This document shows positions 1 to 10,905 of a stretch of 35,695 bases of DNA, piece by piece. The stretch is from contig JABANN010000359.1 of NCBI GenBank assembly GCA_013115125.1, positions 1 to 35,695 of the forward strand, in the 5' to 3' direction. The position numbers and the translations under genes are program-made. The notes under the pieces were generated by a model, which ran no database searches, was not told the DNA's origin, and saw only the letters and a list, made by a program, of their open reading frames with translations. The stretch is from Perkinsus olseni (taxonomy: Eukaryota). The first letter of the stretch is position 1. Each line of letters begins with the position of its first letter.

Positions 1-2238
1 ATTGTCCAGCCAGCGTTCGCGGCGCTTCTTCCTTTGATATTCTATAGCGCTTTCGCGATTATGAGGCATTGTGACAGGTTGTGACTGAGCAGCGGAGCAT
101 GGTCGCGTGAAAGCTGTGGTCCAACCTGAGATACCGATGCGTATCGACTCTACACAGCGGCCGAGGCAAGCAACGCCGGGAACTCCCGTAACCAAACGCC
201 GAGGACGAGTTATGAAGCAGGTTGACTGCAGTTGGGCTACACACGGGCGTAACACAAAAGAACGAATAGCTAACGAGTGGTGATGTATTATTGAAACGAC
301 GACGAGCTTCTCCAATGGAAGAGGCTCTTGATGAATGTGAGGGTGTGGATGCATCAACATGGTAGAATGCATCGGATGGACGAGAGAAGTACAAGGAATG
401 TCCTTCGGAAGCCGTCTATTTACGGGGATAGACGAGCCAGTGGAACTCCTCGTGGGACTTCTGAATATCTGGTAGTATCTGCAAGGGACCTCACAGCCCA
501 AGCAAGGGGCGTCAACAGTACGCAGCGTCCCGTGTTCCCTGCACGGCCGCTCAACAGTTGCTCCTCGGCAAGAGCATCCACAGTCATGAAGGTGAGCTTG
601 ACATTGGGAGCAGACCACACCGATTTGACCATGCGAATTAGGTCGGAAACGAAGCAACCTGTGACAGATGATTCGGCGATCTCAGGCGGTCCCAGGAAGG
701 CCCACCAGCAGCGGTAGCCAAGGCCCCAACAACGGCAACCTTCTCCTCATCGCATGACGTCAGGTACGCATCAAGGAGTGGCACCCCTGAGCGTCGACAC
801 GTTCAGTATCATTCGCTGCGACCGAGAGTCACCTTTCGTAAGAAGCGAGCTCACACCGGAGAGGTCAGGGACAGCCGACATCATCGGGCGAGCGGAAGAG
901 TCAATTAACGTAGTCGAAGAGTACGAGGTGACCTGCAGCATATCTCGACGCTATCAGCCGAGATACAGTCCCTTTACGAGAGCCAGAATGGCCAGGGCAA
1001 CGTGGTTGGCAGCACACGCGTGCGAGTCTTCCTCGTCTCCTTCAGAGGGGGCCTCAGACCCCGTAAGGGCCAGAGAGGCTACTATTGAGAGGCTCTGACA
1101 GGACCTGCAGGGCTCAGGGTCAGCAATGCGATGCGACCGAGGCGACACCTCAGAACTGCTCCGGCGTTAAACCAGGTGAAAGAGTTGGGGGCGAGCTCGG
1201 GGAGGGCTAGTATGAAACGGTCGTAGCATATCCGGAGGCAATCTGCCACTGTGGCGGTACCGTCGAGATTCCAGTCGAATATGGAACTGCTGAGCACAAC
1301 CTGAAGGATCTCTAATAATCATCGCGTTGCCTGTCAGGAGAACGGCAAAGGGTGGCGGCCACCCGGTTGGCGGGGCTTTTCCCAACATCACGAGGAGGGA
1401 GAATGAGATATGCAAGAAGGCCAGTGAATAAGGCGCTGGCTGGGGAGATGGACTGAGGACCTTGAGACGCATGAGCGCCTTCGATCGTTCACTGCCCTTC
1501 CTGCAGTCTTCTTCGTTCTTGACAAGGAAGGATTTCAAGTTAACATTGTAGTCGCCGTAGTTGACGAAACCAGAGAAGAAGTGGCCCCAAGTCACTATCC
1601 AAGAGGATGGTGGGGAGTCCAGAGGGCACCTGCAACGATAGAGGTCAGGCGAGAGACAGTTGGAGGAGGAGAACATACCTGACGTCCACGGCTAGAGAGA
1701 CACTGGCAGCACACATCGCCCGCACGGAGGCTTCAGCCCGGAATGCTTCAGGCGAGGTGGCCTCCGCGCTACTCAAATGTGGATGAAGATGAGAAACGGA
1801 CTGAAAGAGGAGGAGAAGAGACAGGTAGGCCTCGCCAAGGGAGGACTTTTGCCGCCAGAAGAAATACTTTGGCGAATATCTCCCAGGCCCTGCAGTAGAG
1901 AGGAGCATCGTGTACACTGCCTATGAGGTTGAGACAGCGATGGAGCATCCTGGCTAGGTTCATGCGCCGCTCAGGGCTTCCCAGAATGGACGCTGTCCCG
2001 CCGCAGACAGCAGTCTCTCGGGTGATGGAGGAGTTGATGTAGGCCAGGAACTGAGGGAGGTGACATGAAGCGGAGTGTAAGATTGTAGGGAACCCGAAAT
2101 GAGACTGCCCACCTCATCGGAGCATCGGTGCTCCACCCATCTCGAGTGGAGGCTGCTGCTGCTCGCGCCATCTCGGCAGCCGCTCGTGGACGACAGACGG
2201 AGTCGCTTTGCCGCGGGAGGCTGGGATGCCAGCTCCAT
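1..2238 (-). CDS. Multi-exon hypothetical protein, probably alpha-helical, with N-terminal NLS; 3' end probably runs off the window
   Basis: ATG at 2238 gives MELASQPPAAKRLRL (c-Myc-type NLS-like). Hand splicing through short GT-AG introns gives ...CSDE|FLAYINSSIT...LARMLHRCLNLIG...WEIFAKVFLLAAK|SVSHL...AVDVR|CPLDSPPSSWIVTWGHFF...ALMRLK. Downstream exons were not fully resolved and no family was recognised. Confidence 0.55.
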
Positions 2239-2418
2239 CTCAACCGAGGGTGATGTGCGGGACTCCGAGGAAAGCATTCGACCGATCTCCAGCAGACCTG
2301 CTGGTGCCGCTGTTGAATTGGCACAACTTGAACACTACAACAGCAGCAGCCTAGGGACACAACCGATGATGATGAATAACGGAAGACCATGCTGCTGAGG
2401 ACATCTGCCGCAACGGAA

Positions 2419-4978
2419 CTACGCCTGAGCGTTCTTAGAGGACTCCGAGGTGCCCTTGGCATCCTCGCTTTCAGGGAGCGCGATCCCCAGCCGTTTAACA
2501 GACCTGTCGAGGCAACCGAATGACAGCCCTACGGGCCAGTGACACTCGACTATCACCTGGTAAATTGCCGAGTGCTGTTGCAGTATTTCAACTTGTCCAA
2601 CTCGGCTTTCAACTTGCTCTTCTCAGCCCACCCTTCGCGTATGCTAACCTGATAAACGACGGAGTGAACCGATCTGAAGAAGGGAGTATGCTTACTATTC
2701 TCTTCTGGTAGAGGGCCTCCTTCTCCTGAGCCCGATCACGCAGCTTAGCCTCTGTCTCAGCTATCCGCAGCATCCCTACAAGTAGGCTCTGAATGGCCCT
2801 CGCCTACCGCAGTGGCCCACGTCTCTGATTAGTGTGCTCGTGTTGATTGGCTATCCTTGCCGCATTCATCTTCACAAGGTCCTCATACATCTCTCGCTTT
2901 AACTTGATCTGCCTCGCCACAAAAGCCTCCCTAGCCGCCTTCTCTCCAGCAGCACTGCACCGGGTCAGAACCACTGGTAGCGGGTTCGATCCAAACGCCT
3001 TACTCTTTTCGGGACGTTTTCCGTTCATAAGACTCCTTCACTCGATGATGCTGTTCAATCCTGGCCTTGGCAGCTCGCTCTCGAACCTTGGCGATGTCCT
3101 CCTCGTGCTTGCGGTTTCCTGCATGCATCATCCAACTCGCCTTTCCCCCAATCACTCTTACGAGCCTTGATAGCCTCCCATGCCTCTTCACGAAGCTTCT
3201 CGCTTTTCCCTGAAAACATCGACCCTCCTATCACACCCCGATCAGCTGCCTACTTATGGCTTCCTCGTGCCGCTCCTTGGCTTCCTCTCCTGATACCTGA
3301 CGCTTGGCCTCTGCCTCAGCTTCAATGCGCTGAGCCGCCACCAGCCGCTTCGAGAACTCGATCGACCGTATCACTGCAGCATCCGCCAGCTAAGCGAGAT
3401 CGTAAGAGAGATGACACTACTGAGAGCACTACTACCTCATGCATGAGATTCACTTTGTTCTCCTCAATTTGTTTCTGCTTTTGGGCGGACTTCGCTTGCC
3501 GTTCGGCTGCCTCAGCAGCTAGGCGTTCACGCTCTACTCGCATCTTGTCCTTTACTTCTTCCAGCTTTTGGGCAAAAGCCTCTGCCTCAGCTTTCCTGAG
3601 ATGACCTTGCATCGCTTGACTGTTAACCTCAGCACCACCGCACTTGATTTCGGCCATCGCCTGCTTCCTCTCTGCCACTACTGCAAGTTTAGTCTCTATC
3701 TTAGTTTGAACCTGGCACCAATTCCAGTACTTGTTGACGCTCCCCATCACTCGACTTTCTACCTCTTCACGCAGACGTTCCTTCTCCTCTAGTTTCTTAC
3801 GTAACAGCTCTTCTCGCTTCTGTTTCTTTTGCTCCATCACAGCCTTGCGAGCCTGCTCAACAGCCCCTAGCCTATCGTCCTCGCGGAAGCACGAGTAGTA
3901 GCGCTCCACCAATACCGGAATGAGACTCCCCAGAAGGCCACGAACTGTGGTCCACCTCTTTAAGCTTTGCTCGGTCCTCCTCGAGTGTCTTGAGCTTCTC
4001 CGCGAACTTCTTCTCCTGTGTTTCCCGTGCTGCGGCCAGTTGCTTCTTTGCGAGCTCAGTTGTGACCATGCTTAGGATCTCAGCCTTGAGCTCTTCCCCT
4101 GGGAAGGAGAAGGCAAGCATCACCTCATTTCCCCGCACACCATCTTCTCCCCTTACTCGTTCTCTCTACTTGTTCCCTCTGCCGTGCCACCGATGGATCC
4201 TCTTCCTCGTCCTCTTCCCGGGCCTCAGCTCTCGAGAGTCCAGCGGCAGACTTCGAATCCCGAAGTTCTCGCTGCGCCCGAGGTGAAGTCCGAGCTGAGA
4301 ACAACACCATCAACCGAATCAACACCATCACCCAGCAGACGTGTCCGACTATCGCCCCTTCAAGGCGACTCCTCGCGCTACTGGGTGGTCTCTATCGGAG
4401 ACAAACTCGACGGCGGCCTGAGCAGCCCCACCAGAGCCGAGCCTTACCCGAAAGCTCCAACTGGTATTCCTGAAGCCTTTTATATTCTGCGAGCTCCTCA
4501 GGACTGACATGCTCCCTCTCAGCCAGAACCAACTCCGTGAAGTGGCGTCTCTTCGCCGCCATTAACTATGCAACGGGGAAATGAACAACACCGAGAGGGA
4601 ATTAATCCAAAGCTACCTGGCTCCACACGCCGGCGACCTCGGGATCTCCACTTCGAAGAGCTCGGCTTGGCAGCTGCTGATTAGCCGCCTATCACGATGA
4701 CCGAAGCATGCAACGTGTGCCCAGGGAGAAAGGCTCACGTCATCCAGCATCTCTCGTGTGATGCCAAGCTTGTCGACAACAAGTCGAGTACGAGGAGAGC
4801 TGAGAGGATGATAGAAAGGACGATACCGTTGCTGTGCTGACCTCAAGTCCACTTGCGTCGCGACTACGCCGCTTTGATGATTGCCAGTTTGCTTAACTGA
4901 GCGGGGCACGAGTAGGAGATCGAGGGCCGAGGTAAAGGTACCTTTCATGGGAGGGGAGGTAGACTCCGAAGATGCCAT
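2419..4978 (-). CDS. Long coiled-coil (E/K/R/A/Q-rich) protein, multi-exon
   Basis: Spliced model MASSESTSPPMK|VKQTG...VDL|SSPRTRLVVDKLGITREMLDD|AANQQ...WSQ|LMAAKRRHF... joins the ORFs 4613-5134, 3872-4138, 3322-3912 and 2804-3191. It ends ...SSKNAQA* (TAG at 2421-2419). Charged, helix-favouring composition throughout. Confidence 0.75.
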
Positions 4979-5626
4979 TAGACAGGTAGTAACATTGACT
5001 CTGCGGGAGGTATCAGAGAGCAGAGTGCATGTTAGCGAAGACACCCATTGAAACAGTCGTCTTGCCTCAATTCTTTCGCGCGCTGCAGAGGATGAAATAA
5101 GGGCGAGCGCTGATGAAACTGGTCTTTTGTGCAAGATGAGGGAATATTGCTATCTTGTGAATTCTAAAACCTTAGTAGCACGCGCGCTCATGATCGGAGT
5201 TGCGTTGTGTTTTCGACGGTGTGGCGTGGGTTAAGTATGAGCGCGGTGATGGGGGTACGTGGTTCATCAGCACCGGCCGGCACAAAGCATCAGAACCGGT
5301 CATCGATGAATCGACAGCACTCGCATAGAAGATTGCTTCCCGTCAGGAGAGAACGAATTCACTGGCCAGACGCCATTGGCAAGTGTTAAGTGTTTATGAG
5401 ATACACTTTACAGCTCCATCTTATCGGTAGGTGTCGTAACAAACCCGCCATTGCCTTCGACTATGAGTGGGGGAGAGTGACACCAATAAATGGCTATGAA
5501 CCAGCTAGCTTCGATAGTCGCCTAGCTACGACCTGAATTCTAAGAGTACTAACGCAGAGCGGCAGAGAGTTGACAGCACAGTAAATTGCATGAGTCATGA
5601 AGTTGATAGTAAGTGGATGAGAGCCG

Positions 5627-8136
5627 TCAAAAATCACATGCTTCGCAACTGGACTCACCGAGGAGGAAGAGCTGAGAGGAAGAGAAATGCAGATCCAATC
5701 ACAACGGGAACAATCGCCCGATGGCTCACACGAAGCCATCCTTACCACTGCTTCGACGGGGGCTGTTATTTCGTCCGAAGGCTCCTTCCCACAGGCCTCC
5801 ATGATGCAGTGATGTACAGCAGTTGTCACTGCCGTTTCCGGCGGGATCAAGCCGAACATTTGGAAGAGTGCAGTGTTCTCTTGAATGTTCATCGTGTTAC
5901 TGCCGTCCATGTCCATTGCAGCGTACGTTGGTGCATAGAAGTTGGTGCAAGCAGGCAGGCAAAGCTGCGAAGCGCCGCTCAGGAGCCATTTCCGGCAGTA
6001 CCCGGTGAGGGATTGTGATAAGCCGATAAGAGAGGCGTCAACGTCACAAGCATCGGCCGCCGATCCTGACCCGCAGTCCACGATTCCTTCCGTCCACTCG
6101 GGAAAGTCGGCACTTTGGCAAATTGGGTTACCCGCCAGGCCAAGGTACTCGAGATGGCGCATTTCTCTGAGCGACTCGAATGGCAATTCTTGGATTTGTG
6201 AGAGCTCGAACTGGAAGGAGCGGATGGAGGGCAGCCGTTGTTGCACATCATTGGGCACTGTGGATAGCTGCGTCGCTGTCACGACGAGGACTTCCAGGTC
6301 TTCCAGTAGCCCAAAGTTCAGCGTCTCCATGGGAACCGCTACCAGAGACAGCACAACGAGCCCGTCAAACTTCGAGACTGCATCAAGAAGCTTCTGAGGT
6401 TGATTCGTGCAGGACGTAGGCGGGGTCGGATTGTTGTCAGATATCATAAGATAATCCATCCTGCTGTAGAGTGACAGGCGGGGCATGTCGTCCTGCACAC
6501 ACTCTTCATGCAGGTAGACTGATGCCATCCGACAGTCACAGGAGTCAGAATCTAGGATTGGATACACGGGCAACAAACACTCATCACCGAATCTTGCAAT
6601 CAGCTCCTCGCAGTCACCCTTGAACTGTGTCATCGTTACATAGCTGAAGCCGCTTATACCAATGACCCACAGAGTGAGAGCCATGACGTAGTAACGGAAA
6701 CGCCCTCGCCTCGGTGCACGGGTGAGCTCAGGGCGCTTCGCGATCTCTAGAAGGTATCGATCGACTCCCACAATGTTGTCGAGCGACAGGACGGCAGGGA
6801 CAAGACTCGAAAGGAAGGTTGTGAAGGAGCTGAAGTGCAGCGTATGCCACGTGTCCACCTTGAAGATATTCCCGGATATGATAAGGTAAGCACCAGTGAA
6901 GCTGAAGGCTGCCATGACATCGAATAGAGATGCCCAGACTCTGTTGTTGAGTACAAGAGTGGTTGGACCGACGACCATTACCAACATAATGAGGGTAGCC
7001 TGTGTCATGATAGCCGTACGATCTGCTACGGCGGTTTGCTCTCCAGTCAAACTGCGGCCTCCCTGCTCGGCGAGACGGATGATTTGTAATACAGTGTCGA
7101 AGATCTGCAGGCTGAAATAAGTTTGCCAGAACCAGTCACCGGTCATTTCAGTTCTGCTCCTCAAGGTGGTGCACATGCAGACGATCCGCTTCCTAACAGT
7201 GCATTCAGATCTGTCACGGCATTTTTCAACTTCCACTGCTTGGCTTCTGAGAATATTCAGCTTCGCATTATCGCTCAAGAAAAGCGTCTTCACCACCACC
7301 ACTGCTCGAATGAGGGCGAGCAGCCCGATGGAACCGAGTATTATCGTCTCAACCACGCCAACAGCGGTGACCTCGTAACGTGTATTCTGGGGGTTCGTAA
7401 GCGTCTCAGGGGCAAGAGTATCCAACTCAGATGCTGTTGGAGGTACTGGTACGATGAATTGAGCGTAGCACTGGATAGCACAGATAAAAGCCAGTAGTGC
7501 CTACGGACACACATGCTACGTAAGGCAGAGTGAACAGAAGCAAGGCCACGACGTCCTGACGAAACAGAGACGGCCTGGCCACCGAATCGATGTGTACTGG
7601 CGGGGAACACGGAGAAGATAGATGCAGCGTGTGATGAGGCAGAGACTGACCAGTAGGAGTAGAAGACCTATCCTGTAGGCCGTGTTGTACTTATCGACAA
7701 GTACGACGGCCATATGCTGCAGAGCGGAGTGCCGAGCAGCGATGCGGCGTGGGCCCTGAGACAGAGTCTAAGGTCCGCATGAGCTCATCATAGAAAATTA
7801 CTCGCATCGTCCTGCCCGAGCGCATGCCGGGCCTAGCCTTTTCAGTGGCGTTACCATCGTCAGCAACCGCCACATCCACCCCTAGGGCCTCAACTGCGCT
7901 CGATTCCTCATCCGAGCCCTCATGCTCATGTAGTGCTTCCTCAAAAGTTGGTCGCCGGGCTTCTTGAATGACCCCTGAAAGCCCTGCGATAAGTTTCGAA
8001 AAACCTCAGGGAGCCAGGCATCACCTTCATCTGATAGAGCACCGGAATCCCTCCCAGAACCAACACCATTCGTCTTCACAGCAACCTCCTCTGTGCTCAG
8101 CTCTGAGCTGCGGTGGCCTTCTGTGGTTGCCTCCAT
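5627..8136 (-). CDS. Multi-pass (about 7-8 TM) membrane protein with C-terminal Cys-flanked leucine-rich repeats and an EF-hand-like loop
   Basis: ATG at 8136 (MEATTEG...). A large exon spans ~5746-7500. The last intron is 5672-5745 (gtaag...ctctcag), giving ...EAV|LFLLGESSCEACDF*. Hydrophobic segments are followed by LRRs (LEDLEVLVVTATQLSTVP, IRSFQFELSQIQELP, LEYLGLAGNPIC) and the loop DMDGSNTMNIQE at 5878-5913. Confidence 0.8.
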
Positions 8137-8410
8137 TACTGTTGATTTGGAGCCAAGACACTGGGACAACCCAAAGTCTGCTCGAGTCCGCCGATATTGA
8201 AGCAGAACTCTGGTGAGAGACTGCTGCTTCTGCTCGAGCTGAATCTTAGGCCGTCCCTTCGGGCGCGCGCGATTTGCCGCGAATTCTCAGTTGTTCGAAA
8301 AGTGCGAAGCTACTGCAACGGAGCGATTGAGTTGACCGGTGTGGTACAAGAGGTTGTCTTTACTACTTTGTTATCCACAGTATTTCCTTTAAGATAGGAT
8401 ATGCTACAAA

Positions 8411-10643
8411 ATGGCGTCCATGGTCAATATCCCGAGCCACAACGACGACCCGGCATACAGGTAGTACAACGGGAAAGGAGGAGGGCGATGTGGAAGCAGC
8501 AGCCTTTAACTTGAAGTATGGGTGTAATCGTACTCGGACCTGAGAGTATCTTATTCGATCTTGCTGTGCATGCTTGGGTTGCAGGTACAAGATGCCCAAG
8601 TTAGTCGTGAAGATTGAAGGCAGGGGTAATGGAATAAAGACTAACATTGTAAATATGGTCGATGTGGCAAGGGTGAGAATCTATCTTACACCATGGCAAG
8701 ATTCAAGTCGGGTTAACCTCTCTAGGCCCTCAAGAGGCCTCCGTCCTATCCCACTAAGTTCTTTGGCTGCGAATTGGGAGCCCAGAGCAAGTTCGATGAG
8801 TCCACTGATAAGGCCATCGTCAACGGTGAGCATCAGCAAGCGGACATGCAAACGCTCCTTGACAAGTTCATTGAACGGTAATTCCGTGGTGTTCCCGGAT
8901 CGACCTTGAATACCACAATTTGGTCGCTCAGATACGTCTTATGTCAAAACTGCCATTTACCTGAAATCGATATGAGTGTGAAGAAGGGGGACATCAAGGG
9001 TGTCTGCAAAGCCTGCGGGTGGAGAGGGAGTCTGGACATGACGCATAAGGTGGCCACCTTCATACTCAAGAACCCTCCCCAAGGGACAGAAGGGTTCGGA
9101 GGTGTTGCCAGAACAGGGAAGAAGGATAAAGCTGAGCGACAAAGGGAAAAGGCGGAGCGTCAACGAAAGGTGAGTTGAAGAGATTCCTGTGGGGGGGAGA
9201 GTGGTACTGTAATAGGAGGCCGCTGGTGATGATGCGGATGACGACATAGTGGTGAAGGAGAAGAAGGAAAAGAAAGAAAAGAAGGAAAAGAAACACAAGA
9301 AGGATAAGGGCGAGGATGATACCGAGAAGAAGGAGAAGAAAGAGAAAAAGGATAAGTACGATGGGGTATCCCTCAGGCGTGCGCGTGCTCGTACCGAAGG
9401 GACTGTGATGAATATCTGAATGTGGTGGGAGTGAAGTCAAGTAGTTCCTTGCGGTTCTAGTGACTGGAAGTGTAGCGGACGGATGTTGTTAAGGTCGGAG
9501 AAGAAGCACCATAAGCATCACAAGCATGACGAGGAAGACAGTGAAGAGGGTGGAAGCAGCAGTAAGAAGAGCAGCAAGAAAAAGCACTCTAGGAAGCAGG
9601 CTTCTGGGGATGATGAATCCCCGAAGACCAGTAGGCCTTTCAACTCTGTCCGTACCTGATTATCACCGCATCATCGCAGATGGTGATGCTGCGGATGAGA
9701 AGGCTGATAAGAGCACGCAGGAGATGGACTTAGCTCCGCTCACTTCTCAAAGTCCTGAGCTTCAGGAGGCAGTCCTCGAACCCCTGGCCGCAGCTATGAA
9801 GGACGCCGGAGGTATCTTAGGTTGATCATTGACTTTGATCGATTATGCTTCGCATCTTTTCAGGCATACCATCCATGCCTGTTGACGACTTCCTACAGGA
9901 GCTTCGTCTCTTGCAGATCTCTCAGAGGTTCTCACACGTTACAAGACTTTATGTCGCCCTTGAGGTAGAGCGACTTATCGTGGCGAGTTGTGGTTCACCG
10001 TGTACTCAGGTTATATTCTCGGAGGAGAAGGAGGGCCTCTGTAAGGACACCTTCGAGGCACGTCTACCTTATGTTAGTCGAGTTATCGACAACGCTGGAC
10101 TTACCACGGCCGAGGTAGGAGATAGTGGTGAAGAGGGTTTGTCGGTGTACGCTCAGTTATAGGTTTGCGAAGCCTTCGAGGTTATGTATTTGTTGCATCC
10201 TGACGTCGCGAAGATAGCCCACTATCCTTATATCCTGAAGGACCTTTATGATGAGAACCTGGTCACTGAAGGGGCCCTGCTGAAGCACTACGAGGGTAGC
10301 AGTTCTCGGAAGGGGTAGTATAGTCATTATCTAGCAGGCGAGGGATGCTGTTGCTGATGGTAGGTTCCCCTTGTGCCGCAAGGCTGCAACTCCCTTCCTC
10401 GACTGGCTGCGCACAGCAGAAGCAGAGGACAGTAGCAGTAGTGATGAGGACGACGACAGTGATGACGATGAGGAAGAGGAGGTGGTGGTTACCAAGAAGG
10501 CGCCTGAGTCCAAGCAGAAGGAAGTCGCCAAGGTCAGCGATGCTTGCTTCTATTCGGGGCTGATGATACTGTTGTGGTTGTACGCTCAGGCGCAAGTCGC
10601 GGAGGAGGACGATGGCTCCGACATCGACGTGGATGCTATTTAA
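8411..10643 (+). CDS. EIF5: Eukaryotic translation initiation factor 5 (GAP domain, Zn ribbon, W2 C-terminal domain)
   Basis: [58 protein letters not shown]...CKAC zinc ribbon; LKDLYD...[14 protein letters not shown] acidic box; ends DIDVDAI*. Confidence 0.96.
9252..9356 (+). repeat. Low-complexity KEK/KKEK codon repeat within the eIF5 linker
   Basis: A/G-rich aaggagaagaaggaaaagaaagaaaag tract encoding [18 protein letters not shown]...[10 protein letters not shown]. Confidence 0.8.
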
Positions 10644-10905
10644 ACTTAGTCCTTCCTATTCACATTACTACACTTGCTCTTCTCCCTCGTGGAGCCGCCA
10701 AAGTATCCCCAGCTTCGTCATAATCTGTTGAGTTTATTCGACCCAATACTGTCGAGGGGCCCTTGTGTCGATCACAGTCAGTATTAAGGGAGCTTCTGTG
10801 GGCGTCATCTGGCTACATTCTGGTACCGGTCAACGACCGGCGTACTCGCGTGAGGAGGGGACAGGGAAGATCATCGTTACTGGAGTTGGTGATAATCTTC
10901 CGCTG

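Noticed and set aside
240-300. PLVSYSFFCVT on the minus strand resembles the telomerase TERT T-motif (SFFYVTE), and the gene has an NLS
   Set aside because: The key Y/E residues and the downstream YYRK motif are absent, the best splice model upstream shows no TEN/CP motifs, and no RT motifs are visible.
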